Source: Thermostichus sp. DRC_bins_24
GTDB taxonomy: Bacteria > Cyanobacteriota > Cyanobacteriia > Thermostichales > Thermostichaceae
NCBI GenBank assembly: GCA_039794845.1
Contig: JAUQVK010000006.1
Span: 11,105-75,104, forward strand
Direction: 5' to 3'
DNA length: 64,000 nucleotides
In this document: piece after piece, positions 39,471-49,939 of the stretch
Layout of the letters: every line of letters begins with the position of its first letter
How positions within the stretch are numbered: the first letter of the stretch is position 1
Made by a program: the position numbers and the translations under genes
Notes under the pieces: model-generated
Databases searched by the model: none
What the model saw: the letters and a program-made list of their open reading frames with translations, nothing else
What the model was told of the DNA's origin: nothing

Positions 39471-42400
39471 ATGTCTCCTCCCTTGTCTTGCCCACTGGGA
39501 TCTCTTGTTAACGGCTTGGCCATTATCCAAGCTGACGCGGCTAAAGTCTTGCCCCCCCCTGCTGAATCTCTGTCTCCCCTGCAACCGCTGCTGCAACTGT
39601 TGGGCCGGCTACTGCATTTGCCGTTGGTTTGTCTGGAACTGGCCCAAACAGAAGCCGACCCGGGACAGGTTCCCCTCTCCCCTGAGGTGTTCATCTACCG
39701 GGATCCGCAGGCACTTCCCGATCCCTTATGGGAGGTTCTCAAACCGGAGGACAAAGGGATCCCCGCTGCTGCCCAATTGCCCTATCATCAACACTTGCCC
39801 CTCGAGGATGAACAGGGATCCCTGCTTGCCAGCCTGAATCTATTCGATTGCCGCCCGCGTCAACTGAGCTCCACCGAAAAGGAGCAGCTGGCTGCCATCA
39901 CCCTCAGTCTCAAGACCTTGCTGATTCAAGCCCAAGCACAACGTCAAGCCCTCCATCAGCTTCACACAGAGCTCCAAAACTACAAAAAAACTGCCGCCCG
40001 CTATCAACAAATTTTCGAAAATGCTATCGAAGGAATCTTTCAAACCACGCCAGAGGGGAAGCATCTTGCCGCCAACCCGGCATTGGCTCACATCTTCGGC
40101 TACGACTCCCCAGAAGATTTGATGCAGAATGTCTCCGATATTGGTAGCCAGATCTACACCGATCCGGAGCGCCGCGCCGAATTTGTCCGGCGTATGTTGA
40201 GCGAAGGCCAAGTGGTCGATTTTGAGCACCAGGTATGTCGCAAAGATGGCAAACTCATCTGGGTTTCTTTGAATGCCCGTACCATTTACGATGAGCAGGG
40301 GAAGCCCCTTTATTTTGAAGGGTTTGTTACCGACATCACGGCGGCCCGTCAGCTCGAAGAACAACAACGACAACTGGAGGACGCTCGCAAAGAGAGCGAG
40401 CATCGCTTTCTGCAACTGGCCGAAAATACCCAACAGTTGTTTTGGATCACAACGGTTTACAGCAAAGAGCTTCTCTACGTTAGCCCTGCCTGTGAAACCA
40501 TTTGGGGCCGCTCCGCTGCCGAGTCATACGCCAATCCCCAAGCTTGGATCCGCCAGATTCATCCCGACGATCGCTGGCTTTTCCCCTCCATTCTCAAGGC
40601 GCAGTCGGAAGGGCAACAGACCGATATTACCTTTCGCATTTATCGCACCGATGGCCGCTTGGTTTGGCTGCGAGAACGCACCTTCCCCATTGCCGATAAA
40701 GAGGGCAAAATCTACCGAGTGGCAGGGATCGCTGAAGACATTACCGAGTCCAAACAACTCGAAGCCGAACGTCGCCAGATTGAGCAGGCCTGGCAGCAGA
40801 GCGCCAACCATTTTCGGCAAATTTTTGAACTGGCTCCCAATGGTATTGCCCTAGTGGACTTGCAGGGGCGCTTGCTGCAGGTGAACGATGCCTTCGCCCA
40901 GATTGTTGGCTATACCCCAGAGGAGTTGAAACAGCGGCAACAACTGGACATTCTTCACCCTGAAGATGTCACGCAACTGTTGGGGGCCAATGAGGCCCTG
41001 CTCTCGGGGGAGGTCTCGGTTAGCCAGCGGCAGATTCGTTACACCCATCGCTCCGGCCAAGTTATTCACGTACTCTTTCAAGCCACCCTCCTCACCGATG
41101 AGGAGGGACAGCCCACACAGTTTCTGAACCAAATCATCGACATCAGCGCCCGCGTAGAAGCGGAAATGGCCCTTAAAGAGAGCGAAGAACGCTTCCGACA
41201 GACCTTTGAATTGGCGCCGATCGCCAAAGCCATGACCAACTTGGAGGGCAACTATTTACAAATCAACGCCGCCTTCACCGAAACCCTGGGCTACACCCTT
41301 GCCGATCTGCAGGGCAAGACCCTCCTCGACATCACCCATCCCGACGACATCGCCGCCACCCTGGACAACACCAACCGACTGCTGGCGGGAATTGCCCATC
41401 AATGTGAACAAGAGAAGCGCTACTTCCACAAAAATGGTCAAATTGTTTACGCCATCCTGCGCATTACCCTCGTGCGCACGGCCCAAGGGGAGCCCAGCTA
41501 CTTCCTCAGCCAAATTCTCGACATCACCGAGCGAAAACAGACAGAGGCTGCTCTGCGTCAAAGTGAGCTGAGTTTGCGGGGCATCTTCGAGCAAACAGCT
41601 TTGGGTATTTCCATCGCCGACCAGCACGGCCACTACGTTAAGGTTAACCCTGCCCTAGAAGAGATGCTGGGCTACAGTGCCGCCGAACTGGCCAACATGA
41701 GCTTTTGCGACTTCACCCATCCTGAGGATGTTCCCAAAAACTGGCAGCTTTTTCAGGAGATCTTGAATGGCCAACGGGATCACTACCGCTTAGAGAAACG
41801 CTACATCCACCGCAATGGAAAGGTGTTTTGGTGCCGCCTGGCTGTCTCTTCTGTACGAGATGCAGAGGGCAAGAATCTCTTTACCATCGGCATTTCCGAA
41901 GACATCACCGAAGAAAAACAGGCTGAGCTACAGATTCAGGCGGCCCTGCAAGAGAAAGAAATTTTGCTGCGGGAGATCCACCATCGCGTTAAGAACAATC
42001 TGCAAATCATCTCCAGCCTGCTGCGCCTACAAGCTGACCAGATCAAAAGCCGTAAGTATGCACGCATTTTTAAGGATGCCGGCAGCCGCATTCAAGCCAT
42101 GTCCCTGATCCACGAGGGCCTTTACCAATCCAACAATCTGGCCGCGGTGGATCTGAACCAGTACCTTCACAATTTGATCTCCAACCTTTTTCACTCCTAT
42201 GGGGTGAATCCGGAGAACATTCGCGCCAGCATCCGTGCAGAGAAGATCCGCCTCAATATCGATGAGGCCGTTTTGTGTGGCTTGATCATCAATGAGTTGG
42301 TCACCAACAGCCTCAAATACGCTTTTCCGAAAGGGCGCAGCGGCGAAATCCGCATCCATTTTAGTCAAACCCGTAAAAATACGCAGCTGCGGGTCTCGGA

Positions 42401-42560
42401 CAATGGCATTGGCCTGCCCCCCAACTTTGACTTTAAGGAAACTCAATCTTTAGGTTTGCAACTGGTTAGCACTCTTACCGATCAGCTTGCGGGCAGGATA
42501 GAATTGAGAGGCAAATCTGGTACCACCTTCATCATTACTTTCCCGAGGATCGAATCTTGA
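39471..42560 (+). CDS. Multi-PAS sensor histidine kinase (HisKA_2/HWE type)
   Basis: About five PAS/PAC repeats (HPDD/HPED), EIHHRVKNNLQ, NELVTNSLKYAF, SDNGIG, SLGL. Confidence 0.93.
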   Translation: MSPPLSCPLGSLVNGLAIIQADAAKVLPPPAESLSPLQPLLQLLGRLLHLPLVCLELAQTEADPGQVPLSPEVFIYRDPQALPDPLWEVLKPEDKGIPAAAQLPYHQHLPLEDEQGSLLASLNLFDCRPRQLSSTEKEQLAAITLSLKTLLIQAQAQRQALHQLHTELQNYKKTAARYQQIFENAIEGIFQTTPEGKHLAANPALAHIFGYDSPEDLMQNVSDIGSQIYTDPERRAEFVRRMLSEGQVVDFEHQVCRKDGKLIWVSLNARTIYDEQGKPLYFEGFVTDITAARQLEEQQRQLEDARKESEHRFLQLAENTQQLFWITTVYSKELLYVSPACETIWGRSAAESYANPQAWIRQIHPDDRWLFPSILKAQSEGQQTDITFRIYRTDGRLVWLRERTFPIADKEGKIYRVAGIAEDITESKQLEAERRQIEQAWQQSANHFRQIFELAPNGIALVDLQGRLLQVNDAFAQIVGYTPEELKQRQQLDILHPEDVTQLLGANEALLSGEVSVSQRQIRYTHRSGQVIHVLFQATLLTDEEGQPTQFLNQIIDISARVEAEMALKESEERFRQTFELAPIAKAMTNLEGNYLQINAAFTETLGYTLADLQGKTLLDITHPDDIAATLDNTNRLLAGIAHQCEQEKRYFHKNGQIVYAILRITLVRTAQGEPSYFLSQILDITERKQTEAALRQSELSLRGIFEQTALGISIADQHGHYVKVNPALEEMLGYSAAELANMSFCDFTHPEDVPKNWQLFQEILNGQRDHYRLEKRYIHRNGKVFWCRLAVSSVRDAEGKNLFTIGISEDITEEKQAELQIQAALQEKEILLREIHHRVKNNLQIISSLLRLQADQIKSRKYARIFKDAGSRIQAMSLIHEGLYQSNNLAAVDLNQYLHNLISNLFHSYGVNPENIRASIRAEKIRLNIDEAVLCGLIINELVTNSLKYAFPKGRSGEIRIHFSQTRKNTQLRVSDNGIGLPPNFDFKETQSLGLQLVSTLTDQLAGRIELRGKSGTTFIITFPRIES

Positions 42561-43606
42561 AGAAAGTTCCACCCCTTGCCAAAGGCAGCATTCTGGTTGC
42601 CGAAGACGAAAAGATCATCGCCAAGGATATTGCCAACGTTCTGAAGAAATTTGGTTATACCGTGCCCGCCATCGCCTCCTCCGGGGAGGAAGCGATCCGT
42701 CGGCTGGAAGAGGCCCCTGTGGATTTGGTCTTGATGGATATTGTCTTAAAAGGGGATGTTGATGGTATCGAAGCGGCTAAGCAGATCACGGAGCGTTTTA
42801 ACATTCCGGTGGTGCATCTGACGGCCTATGCCGACGACGATACTCTCTCCCGTGTTAAAGAAACTCGGCCCTTTGGCTACATCATCAAACCTTTCAAAGA
42901 GCGGGAGCTCTACACCACCATCGAGATCGCTCTGCACAACCACCGTCAGAGCATTGAGAACCGCAAGGCGGAGGAGAAAAAGGTGGAGGAGCTGCGGCAA
43001 AGTCTCCAGAAGCTGCGGCAGTTCACCGATGTGAAGGACACTCTGTTTAAAAAGTTCCTCCAGGACTTAAGTGAGCCCCTGTCTAACCTCAGCTTTGCCC
43101 TCGGCCTCCTCAAGGATGCCGGGTCGGATCCAAAGCGAGAGTATTATCTGCAGGTGCTCGAAGATGAATTTCGCCGGGAGTTGGAGTTGATTCACCAGAC
43201 TTCTAACTTAGAAGAGCTCCTCAACCTGGAAAATGTGGGCCTGCTGAGCCAGTTCAGTTTGTTGCGCTCCCAAGAGCCCGGTCGCGGTCGTCTGCTTGAG
43301 GGGCCGGCCCCCTCGGCTGGGGCTACGGCAGTGGCTGCTGCGCCGACATCGCCCTCCTCCCAGGTGGTTGCAGCCCATGCTCCCGCGCCAGCCCCTGTGG
43401 GTGGCGGCGAGGCAATCACCGTGCCGCGGGTAACACTGCGTCCTCTGAACCAAACTCAGTTGGCAGAACGCCTGGGGGTGGTGGTTTCCGCCATCACTTA
43501 CTGGAAATTCAAAACGGGGTTTCCCGAGTGGAGCCGCAGCCGCGATCCCGACGGCATCTCTTGGCGGTATTCCTCCGATTCCAAGCGCTTTTCGCCTGTG
43601 CCCTGA
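42557..43606 (+). CDS. Response regulator with degenerate DHp-like coil and C-terminal HTH-like domain
   Basis: ILVAEDE, DLVLMDI, LTAY, KPF receiver; TTG start overlaps the kinase stop. Confidence 0.85.
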   Translation: MKKVPPLAKGSILVAEDEKIIAKDIANVLKKFGYTVPAIASSGEEAIRRLEEAPVDLVLMDIVLKGDVDGIEAAKQITERFNIPVVHLTAYADDDTLSRVKETRPFGYIIKPFKERELYTTIEIALHNHRQSIENRKAEEKKVEELRQSLQKLRQFTDVKDTLFKKFLQDLSEPLSNLSFALGLLKDAGSDPKREYYLQVLEDEFRRELELIHQTSNLEELLNLENVGLLSQFSLLRSQEPGRGRLLEGPAPSAGATAVAAAPTSPSSQVVAAHAPAPAPVGGGEAITVPRVTLRPLNQTQLAERLGVVVSAITYWKFKTGFPEWSRSRDPDGISWRYSSDSKRFSPVP

Positions 43607-43705
43607 CCGTCGCAGCCGGAAAAGTCGAAGAAAGCTCCAAGTGGGCGGAAGGGATCCCTTCCGCCCACGGCATTCGGTCTGGTTCAGGCCTGCAGAACCA
43701 TCAAC

Positions 43706-44893
43706 TCAGGGCTGCAATACTTCCACCCGCACGGGCACGATTCCCGAACTGACCATCCCCAGCACCTCCGCCGCCCGGATGGAGACATCGATGATGCGAC
43801 CGGGGATGAAAGGGCCTCGATCGTTGATGCGCACGATCGCTTGGCGACCGTTTTTCATGTTGGTGACCCGTACCTTCGTGCCAAAGGGCAAGGTGGGGTG
43901 GGCAGCGGTCATTTCATGGCGAGTTTTGTGCAGGTCATACCAGGAGGCAATGCCCTCCTGCACGGGCCCAACGACACGGGTGGCAACGGGAACCGGTTGT
44001 TGGGGGGATCCCGATCCTGTCTCGGGCAAGCTGGCAGTGGCAGTGAGGGTGGGAGCTTGAGGCAAAGCCGGGGCCTGAATCGGGGGTGCATCCAGCAACA
44101 GGCGGCGCAAGCGGTTGGCGGCCAAAACCGCCATATCCACCTGACGCTGGTTATCCACCAACAGCACCCCATCGTCGATGCGCAGCAGTTCCTCGTCGTT
44201 GACATGAATGGCGTAGAGGAGGGGGGTTGACTCCTCCGCTGCCGGATCGGGTTCTGCCCAATCCAGGGTGATCGTTGTGTCTTTCAGGGATCCTTGGGCC
44301 ATTTGGTTCAGTTGGGCCACGAGGGAGCTGGCTCGCATCAGGGGAGAGTCTAGCTCCGGTTGCTCCACAAAACTGACCACGGGCAGATCCCGCACGTAAA
44401 CGGTTACCACCTGCTGCCCATCCATCTGATAGTCGTAGAGGGTGGAGATGGGCTGGCTGGGTTGCTGTTGCTGCTCACCGATCTTGAGGATGGGTTCTTC
44501 CCCGGCGATGGGGGCCTCATGACGGGCCCGCTCCAGAAGCTGCTCCAGATTGAGGGTGCCCGGTTTGGCGGGGGCAGGGGTGAGGCTTTCCCTGCGCTCA
44601 ACAGTTCCCTCTTGGGCTATTCCGACGGTGCTGGGTTGGATTACCGGAATGAGGTCAGCAGTTGGAGCTGGAGGGGTGGATTCGGCTAACGAATTTGCTG
44701 TCCGACCGCTGGAGGATCCCATTCCCATTCGATTTGAGGCTTGCGCCCGCGGGGCAAATCCGCTCCACACCCCCATAGGTAAGCCCAAAGCTGTAACGCA
44801 GAGGCAACTGACCAAGCCCAGTTTCTGGGTGGGAGTCAGTCCCTGTTCTGCCCCACCTCTGGCGAGATTGAGGCACCCTTTCCGATTCCGCAT
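43706..44893 (-). CDS. rlpA: Septal ring lytic transglycosylase RlpA
   Basis: GIASWY, TAAHPTLPFGTKVRVTN, VRINDRGP..GRIIDVS DPBB domain. Confidence 0.9.
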   Translation of the reverse strand: MRNRKGCLNLARGGAEQGLTPTQKLGLVSCLCVTALGLPMGVWSGFAPRAQASNRMGMGSSSGRTANSLAESTPPAPTADLIPVIQPSTVGIAQEGTVERRESLTPAPAKPGTLNLEQLLERARHEAPIAGEEPILKIGEQQQQPSQPISTLYDYQMDGQQVVTVYVRDLPVVSFVEQPELDSPLMRASSLVAQLNQMAQGSLKDTTITLDWAEPDPAAEESTPLLYAIHVNDEELLRIDDGVLLVDNQRQVDMAVLAANRLRRLLLDAPPIQAPALPQAPTLTATASLPETGSGSPQQPVPVATRVVGPVQEGIASWYDLHKTRHEMTAAHPTLPFGTKVRVTNMKNGRQAIVRINDRGPFIPGRIIDVSIRAAEVLGMVSSGIVPVRVEVLQP

Positions 44894-45037
44894 GAGGCCG
44901 CGCTCCTCTTCAATCTTGTACAACGTCCAATGCGACAGTCGAAGCAGAAGTTAATGTACCATAGGTTCTCGAATAGACAAGTTCCGGCAGCGTTGCACGG
45001 AAAGTCTAAGTCTTGCCAGCAAAGGACTCTCGGCCCA

Positions 45038-46117
45038 TTGGACTACCGTTCGGCAGGGGTTGACATAGATCTGGGTCGTGCCCTCGTCAAGGGGATCCAG
45101 GAGCGAGTTGAGCGAGCTAAAGTCCCGTCTTTGGGTTCCTCAGGAACCTTGGGGGGGATCGGTGGCTTTGCCGGTTTGTTTGAGCTGCCGGCAGGATACC
45201 AAGCGCCGGTTTTGGTGGCGGGGACGGATGGGGTCGGGACGAAGCTGCAAATTGCTCAGCAATGGGGACAGCACCGCGGCGTCGGCATTGACCTGGTGGC
45301 CATGTGCGTTAACGATGTGCTGACGGTGGGGGCCAAGCCCTTGTTTTTTCTGGATTACATTGCCACCGGCAAGCTGGAGCCAGAAGCCCTCCTGCAGGTG
45401 ATCGAGGGGATCCTGGAGGGGTGTCAACAGGCCGGTTGTGAGCTGCTCGGCGGCGAAACGGCGGAGATGCCGGGGTTTTATCCGCCGGGGGAGTACGACT
45501 TGGCGGGGTTTTGTGTGGGCATTGTGGAGAAATCGGCCATTCTGGACGGATCCCAGGTGCAGCTGGGGGATCGGCTGCTCGCCCTACCCAGCAGTGGCAT
45601 CCACAGCAACGGCTACAGCTTGGTTCGCCGGATTGTGGCCGAGAGAGGATGGACCTGGGATCATCAGCCCCCGGGGTGGGAGCAGCCCTTGGGAGAGGTG
45701 TTTCTCACCCCGACCCGCATCTACGTTGAGGCGGTGCAACGGCTTCAGCAAGCGGGCATTCTCCTTCATGGCATGGCCCACATTACCGGTGGCGGCCTCC
45801 CGGAAAATTTGCCCCGCTGTTTAGCGCCTACCCAGGCGGCACGCCTCGAACCCCACAGTTGGCGGATCCCGCCGGAGTTCCGCTGGTTGCAGGAACAAGG
45901 GCAAGTGGAGATCGCCGAGATGTTCCGAACCTTCAATCTGGGGGTGGGCTACGTGTTGGTGGTGCCACCGGAAGCCCAGGTGCAGGTGCAAACCCTCCTG
46001 CCGGAAGCCCAGGCCATTGGGGAAGTAGTGGCCTCAACCCCGCCAGAGGCGGGGCGGGCAAGCTCCGGGGAAAATCCTCCACGAGTCTTGGGCTTGGAGA
46101 ATTGGGGATCCCTCTGA
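45038..46117 (+). CDS. purM: Phosphoribosylformylglycinamidine cyclo-ligase
   Basis: DYRSAGVD, GTDGVGTK, GGETAEMPG, HSNGYSL, HITGGG, TFNLG. Confidence 0.96.
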   Translation: MDYRSAGVDIDLGRALVKGIQERVERAKVPSLGSSGTLGGIGGFAGLFELPAGYQAPVLVAGTDGVGTKLQIAQQWGQHRGVGIDLVAMCVNDVLTVGAKPLFFLDYIATGKLEPEALLQVIEGILEGCQQAGCELLGGETAEMPGFYPPGEYDLAGFCVGIVEKSAILDGSQVQLGDRLLALPSSGIHSNGYSLVRRIVAERGWTWDHQPPGWEQPLGEVFLTPTRIYVEAVQRLQQAGILLHGMAHITGGGLPENLPRCLAPTQAARLEPHSWRIPPEFRWLQEQGQVEIAEMFRTFNLGVGYVLVVPPEAQVQVQTLLPEAQAIGEVVASTPPEAGRASSGENPPRVLGLENWGSL

Positions 46118-46341
46118 AACGGGCAAACGATCTCCTCAACGGCAGGGATCCCCACCAAAAGGGGGAGCCGGATGCGGCGCTGGACCCACAAGCCCCCCGG
46201 TTCTCTGGCTATGCTAAGTTTGCATGTGGCTTAAGCACCATTGCCTATGCCCCGAAATGGATGTGGGCAACCCGCGACAGCCTTTGAGGTTCATGCACCA
46301 GGGCCGTTTGCGAGCCATCGATGACCCTGTAGGAGCCGCTG

Positions 46342-47376
46342 ATGACCGTTCTAGGAAGCGCGAGCGCGATTGAAGTCGAACACCTGAGCAAAACCTACGG
46401 TACCTTCACCGCCATCCGGGATATTTCTTTTCAGGTGAATGCCGGCGAGATCATGGGATTCTTGGGGCCCAACGGGGCCGGGAAAACCACCTCCATGCGC
46501 ATCCTCACCGGATTCTTGCCCGCCAGCGAAGGCACAGCACGAGTGGCGGGGTTTGATGTCCACCAAGACTCCATGGCGGTGCGGCAACGCATCGGCTACC
46601 TGCCGGAAAATCCCCCCCTGTACATCGACATGACGGTGGAAGGTTATCTGCACTTCGTGGCGCAGCTGAAGCGGGTTAGCCCCGGCAACCGCATCACCCA
46701 GGTGGATCGGGTCATTCAGCGCTGTGGCCTACAGGAAAAACGCCACACTCTGATCCGCAAGCTCTCCAAGGGGTTTAAGCAACGGGTGGGGATTGCCCAG
46801 GCGCTGGTTCACGATCCGCCCGTGATCATCCTGGATGAGCCCACCATCGGACTGGATCCCAAGCAGATCATCGAGGTGCGCAACCTGATCAAAAGTTTGG
46901 CCGGGGAACACACGATCATCCTCTCCACCCACATTCTGCCGGAGGTGAGCATGACCTGCGACCGGGTGGTGATCATCAACCGCGGCCAAGTGGCGGCCAT
47001 CGGTACCCCCAGCGAGCTAACGGCACAGTTTCAGGGGCAGCACCAAGTTCATTTGCATGTCGGGGCTTCCAGTGAAGCTGTCATCCGGGAAGTTCTGGAG
47101 CGGATCCCACAGGTACAAGTCTTGAGCCTAGAACCCCGTGCTCAAACAGACTCCCGACGCTGGCAACTGCAGCTGAGCAGCAGCACCCCCGCCGATGGGT
47201 GGATCCCTGAGGTGGCCAAGGCTTTGATCCAGTCGGATGTGGCTCTCTACGAAATCGGTCGTTCCCAAGCTTCTTTGGAGGAGATTTTCCTGCAACTGAC
47301 AACCCAAGAGGGAGCCGGCCAAGAGGGAGCCGACTCGGCCCCAGCATCTGAAAACCCTGAGGAGGCAGCAGCATGA
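46342..47376 (+). CDS. ABC-2 type ATP-binding protein (GldA-like)
   Basis: GPNGAGKT, LSKGFKQRVG, LDEPTIGLDP, STHILPEV. Confidence 0.9.
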   Translation: MTVLGSASAIEVEHLSKTYGTFTAIRDISFQVNAGEIMGFLGPNGAGKTTSMRILTGFLPASEGTARVAGFDVHQDSMAVRQRIGYLPENPPLYIDMTVEGYLHFVAQLKRVSPGNRITQVDRVIQRCGLQEKRHTLIRKLSKGFKQRVGIAQALVHDPPVIILDEPTIGLDPKQIIEVRNLIKSLAGEHTIILSTHILPEVSMTCDRVVIINRGQVAAIGTPSELTAQFQGQHQVHLHVGASSEAVIREVLERIPQVQVLSLEPRAQTDSRRWQLQLSSSTPADGWIPEVAKALIQSDVALYEIGRSQASLEEIFLQLTTQEGAGQEGADSAPASENPEEAAA

Positions 47377-48158
47377 ACGGCGTGATCGCCATTTTCCGCA
47401 AAGAGTTGCGCGGCTATTTCACCTCCCCGATTGCCTACGTGGTGGCGGCAGTCTTTTGGGGCTTGGCGGGCTTCTTTTTTACCAACATTTTGGTGCGGGT
47501 GATCGGCTTTTCCCAGCAGGTGGATCTGTTCGCCCAGTTTGGCCAGGACAACGCCTTCGATGCGGCCACCATTGTCTCGCAGCAGTTTTTGAACCTGCTG
47601 GGCACCCTTTTTCTGTTTTTGCTGCCCATCCTGACCATGGGATCCTACGCCGAAGAGCGACGACGGGGCACGATGGAGCTGCTGGCCACCTCCCCGATCA
47701 CCAACTTGGCAGTGGCGGTGGGCAAATGGCTGGCGGTGTGGGTGTTTTTTATCACGCTGCTGATCCCACCCTTGGTGTATCACCTGCTCACCCTGAGCAG
47801 TTCCAATCCCGCTGTGGACTATCGGCTGCCCCTGGTTGGCTATGTTGGGTTGGCACTGATGGCGGGCAGTGTCATGGCCTTGGGACTATTCGTCTCTTCC
47901 CTCACCGACAGCACCTTAATTGCGGCGGTGGCCACCTTTGGCCTGGTGCTCTTGCTCTGGGTGGTGGATGCGGCGGCCGGCCAGGAGAGCAACTGGATCG
48001 CGGCCACCCTGCGGCATTTGTCTTTGTTGCAGCAGTACGGCAACTGGGTACAGGGGATCGTCAGCAGCAGCAGCCTGATTTTGTTCCTCAGCATCACGGT
48101 GTTGGGGCTGTTTGCCACGGTGCAATCGGTGGAGAGCCTGCGCTGGCAGCAGAGCTAG
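47373..48158 (+). CDS. ABC-2 permease (GldF-like)
   Basis: KELRGYFTSPIAY, EERRRGTMELLATSP, VGKW. Confidence 0.88.
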   Translation: MNGVIAIFRKELRGYFTSPIAYVVAAVFWGLAGFFFTNILVRVIGFSQQVDLFAQFGQDNAFDAATIVSQQFLNLLGTLFLFLLPILTMGSYAEERRRGTMELLATSPITNLAVAVGKWLAVWVFFITLLIPPLVYHLLTLSSSNPAVDYRLPLVGYVGLALMAGSVMALGLFVSSLTDSTLIAAVATFGLVLLLWVVDAAAGQESNWIAATLRHLSLLQQYGNWVQGIVSSSSLILFLSITVLGLFATVQSVESLRWQQS

Positions 48159-48270
48159 CGAGATCGCCAGGCATGCCGATCGCTGGCCGGAGAAAGTCAA
48201 GATCACACGGTTTCAGGTTGAGCACTCAAGGTTGGGGCATGACCGAAGATAGCGGTGTAGGAGGTGCAAG

Positions 48271-49839
48271 ATGAAAGACTGGCAAGCAGTATCCGAGTGG
48301 ACAGGCATCGTCGGCATTGGGGTGATCGCCATTGGTTTGGTGCTGGGATCCGCCCTAACCGGATGGACGGCGGTTCCCTTTGCCCTGTTGGCCACCGGAG
48401 CGGCCCTGCTGGTGTTTTGGGGCATCACCCACCGACAACAGGTGGGATCCTTCCTGGGCTTGCGTTCCACCCAAACCAACGCCAACATCCTGGTGGCTGT
48501 GGCCGCCATGGCGGTGATTTTGGTGCTGCTGAATGCGGTGGCGGTGCGCTACGATGGCCGCCTTGATTTGACGGAGGGAGGGCTGTTCACCCTATCGCCC
48601 CAAACCCAGCAATTGGTCCGAGACTTACCGCGGCCGGTGAAGGTATGGGTGGTGACCACCGCGCCGGATCCCAACCTGCGAGAACAGCTGGAACGCTACC
48701 AACGCCTCAATCCCAGCCGCTTCCAGTTTGAATTTGTGGATCCCAACCGCAACCCGCTGGTGGCGCAGCGTCTACAGGTGACCCAGAGCAACACCCTGGT
48801 GGTGGAATCGGGAGACAGCCGCCAGCAACTGCCGCAACCGCCCGCCCCCGACCTGGAAAGCAACCTCACCCCGATCCTTTCTAGAGTGGTGAACCGAGGA
48901 GAAGCGGTGGCCTACTTTGTGCAAGGCCATGGGGAGGTCTCTCTGGAGGCCGGCGCCGGCAACCTCAGTTTTGCCCAGGCGGTGGGAGCCCTGGGGCAGG
49001 AAGGCTATCGCACCGAACCCCTGAACCTGGTGCAAGCAGAGATTCCGGAGGATGCGGATGTGCTGGTGTTGGCGGGGCCGCAGCGGCCTTTGTTTCCGGG
49101 AGAAGTGGAGAAACTCCAGGACTACTTGGCTGAGGGCGGCAGGGTTTTGTTGCTGATCGGTCCTCGGGTGGATGCCGGGTTGGATCCCTTGCTGGAGGAG
49201 TGGGGGGTGGTCTTGGCGGATGACATCATCCTAGAAGTCAGCAGCGTTAGCCAGATTTTGGGGACGGGCCCCGCCGTTGCTTTGGTCACCACCTACGGCG
49301 ATCACCCGATCACCGCCCCCTTGGCAGCCCAACGGCTGATGACCCTTTTCCCCCTGGCCCGCTCGGTGGAAACGGAAGCACGAGAAGGGATCCAGGCAAC
49401 GCCTCTGCTGCGCACCAGCCCGCAAAGTTGGGGGGAGACCAGCACAGATTTGGAAAACACCCCGGTACAATTTGATCCCGATCGCGACAAGCCCGGCCCG
49501 CTCACTCTGGGAGTGGCCCTAACCCGCAGCATGGAGAACGGCGAGGCTGGGTCTGAGGCAGACTCTGAACCCGAGGAGGCTCGCTTTGTGGTGATCGGCA
49601 ACGTCAATTTTGCCGTCAATGGCAACTTACAACAGCAGGGCAACCGCGACTTATTCCTAAACACCCTCAACTGGCTGACAGAACAAACGGACCAGATCTC
49701 AATTCGGCCCAAATCCATCACCAATCGCCGCCTCACCCTGACGGGGCGGGATCTCAACTGGCTGGTACTGGGATCCACAGTGCTCCTACCCTTGCTGGCC
49801 CTGGGATCCGGTGCGCTGATCTGGTGGCAAAGACGCTGA
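48271..49839 (+). CDS. GldG-like ABC auxiliary component
   Basis: RLDLT....FTLSPQT, YFVQGHGE, GP, GNRDLFLNTLNWL, C-terminal TM plus WWQRR. Confidence 0.85.
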   Translation: MKDWQAVSEWTGIVGIGVIAIGLVLGSALTGWTAVPFALLATGAALLVFWGITHRQQVGSFLGLRSTQTNANILVAVAAMAVILVLLNAVAVRYDGRLDLTEGGLFTLSPQTQQLVRDLPRPVKVWVVTTAPDPNLREQLERYQRLNPSRFQFEFVDPNRNPLVAQRLQVTQSNTLVVESGDSRQQLPQPPAPDLESNLTPILSRVVNRGEAVAYFVQGHGEVSLEAGAGNLSFAQAVGALGQEGYRTEPLNLVQAEIPEDADVLVLAGPQRPLFPGEVEKLQDYLAEGGRVLLLIGPRVDAGLDPLLEEWGVVLADDIILEVSSVSQILGTGPAVALVTTYGDHPITAPLAAQRLMTLFPLARSVETEAREGIQATPLLRTSPQSWGETSTDLENTPVQFDPDRDKPGPLTLGVALTRSMENGEAGSEADSEPEEARFVVIGNVNFAVNGNLQQQGNRDLFLNTLNWLTEQTDQISIRPKSITNRRLTLTGRDLNWLVLGSTVLLPLLALGSGALIWWQRR

Positions 49840-49939
49840 GGCACGGGGTTGCTGACCGGCTGTTGTTGACCTGGGAGGAGAAGGGATCCGCCCTCGACTG
49901 GATACCTGTGGATGTGAATCAAGAGGAGTAGGGAGGACG

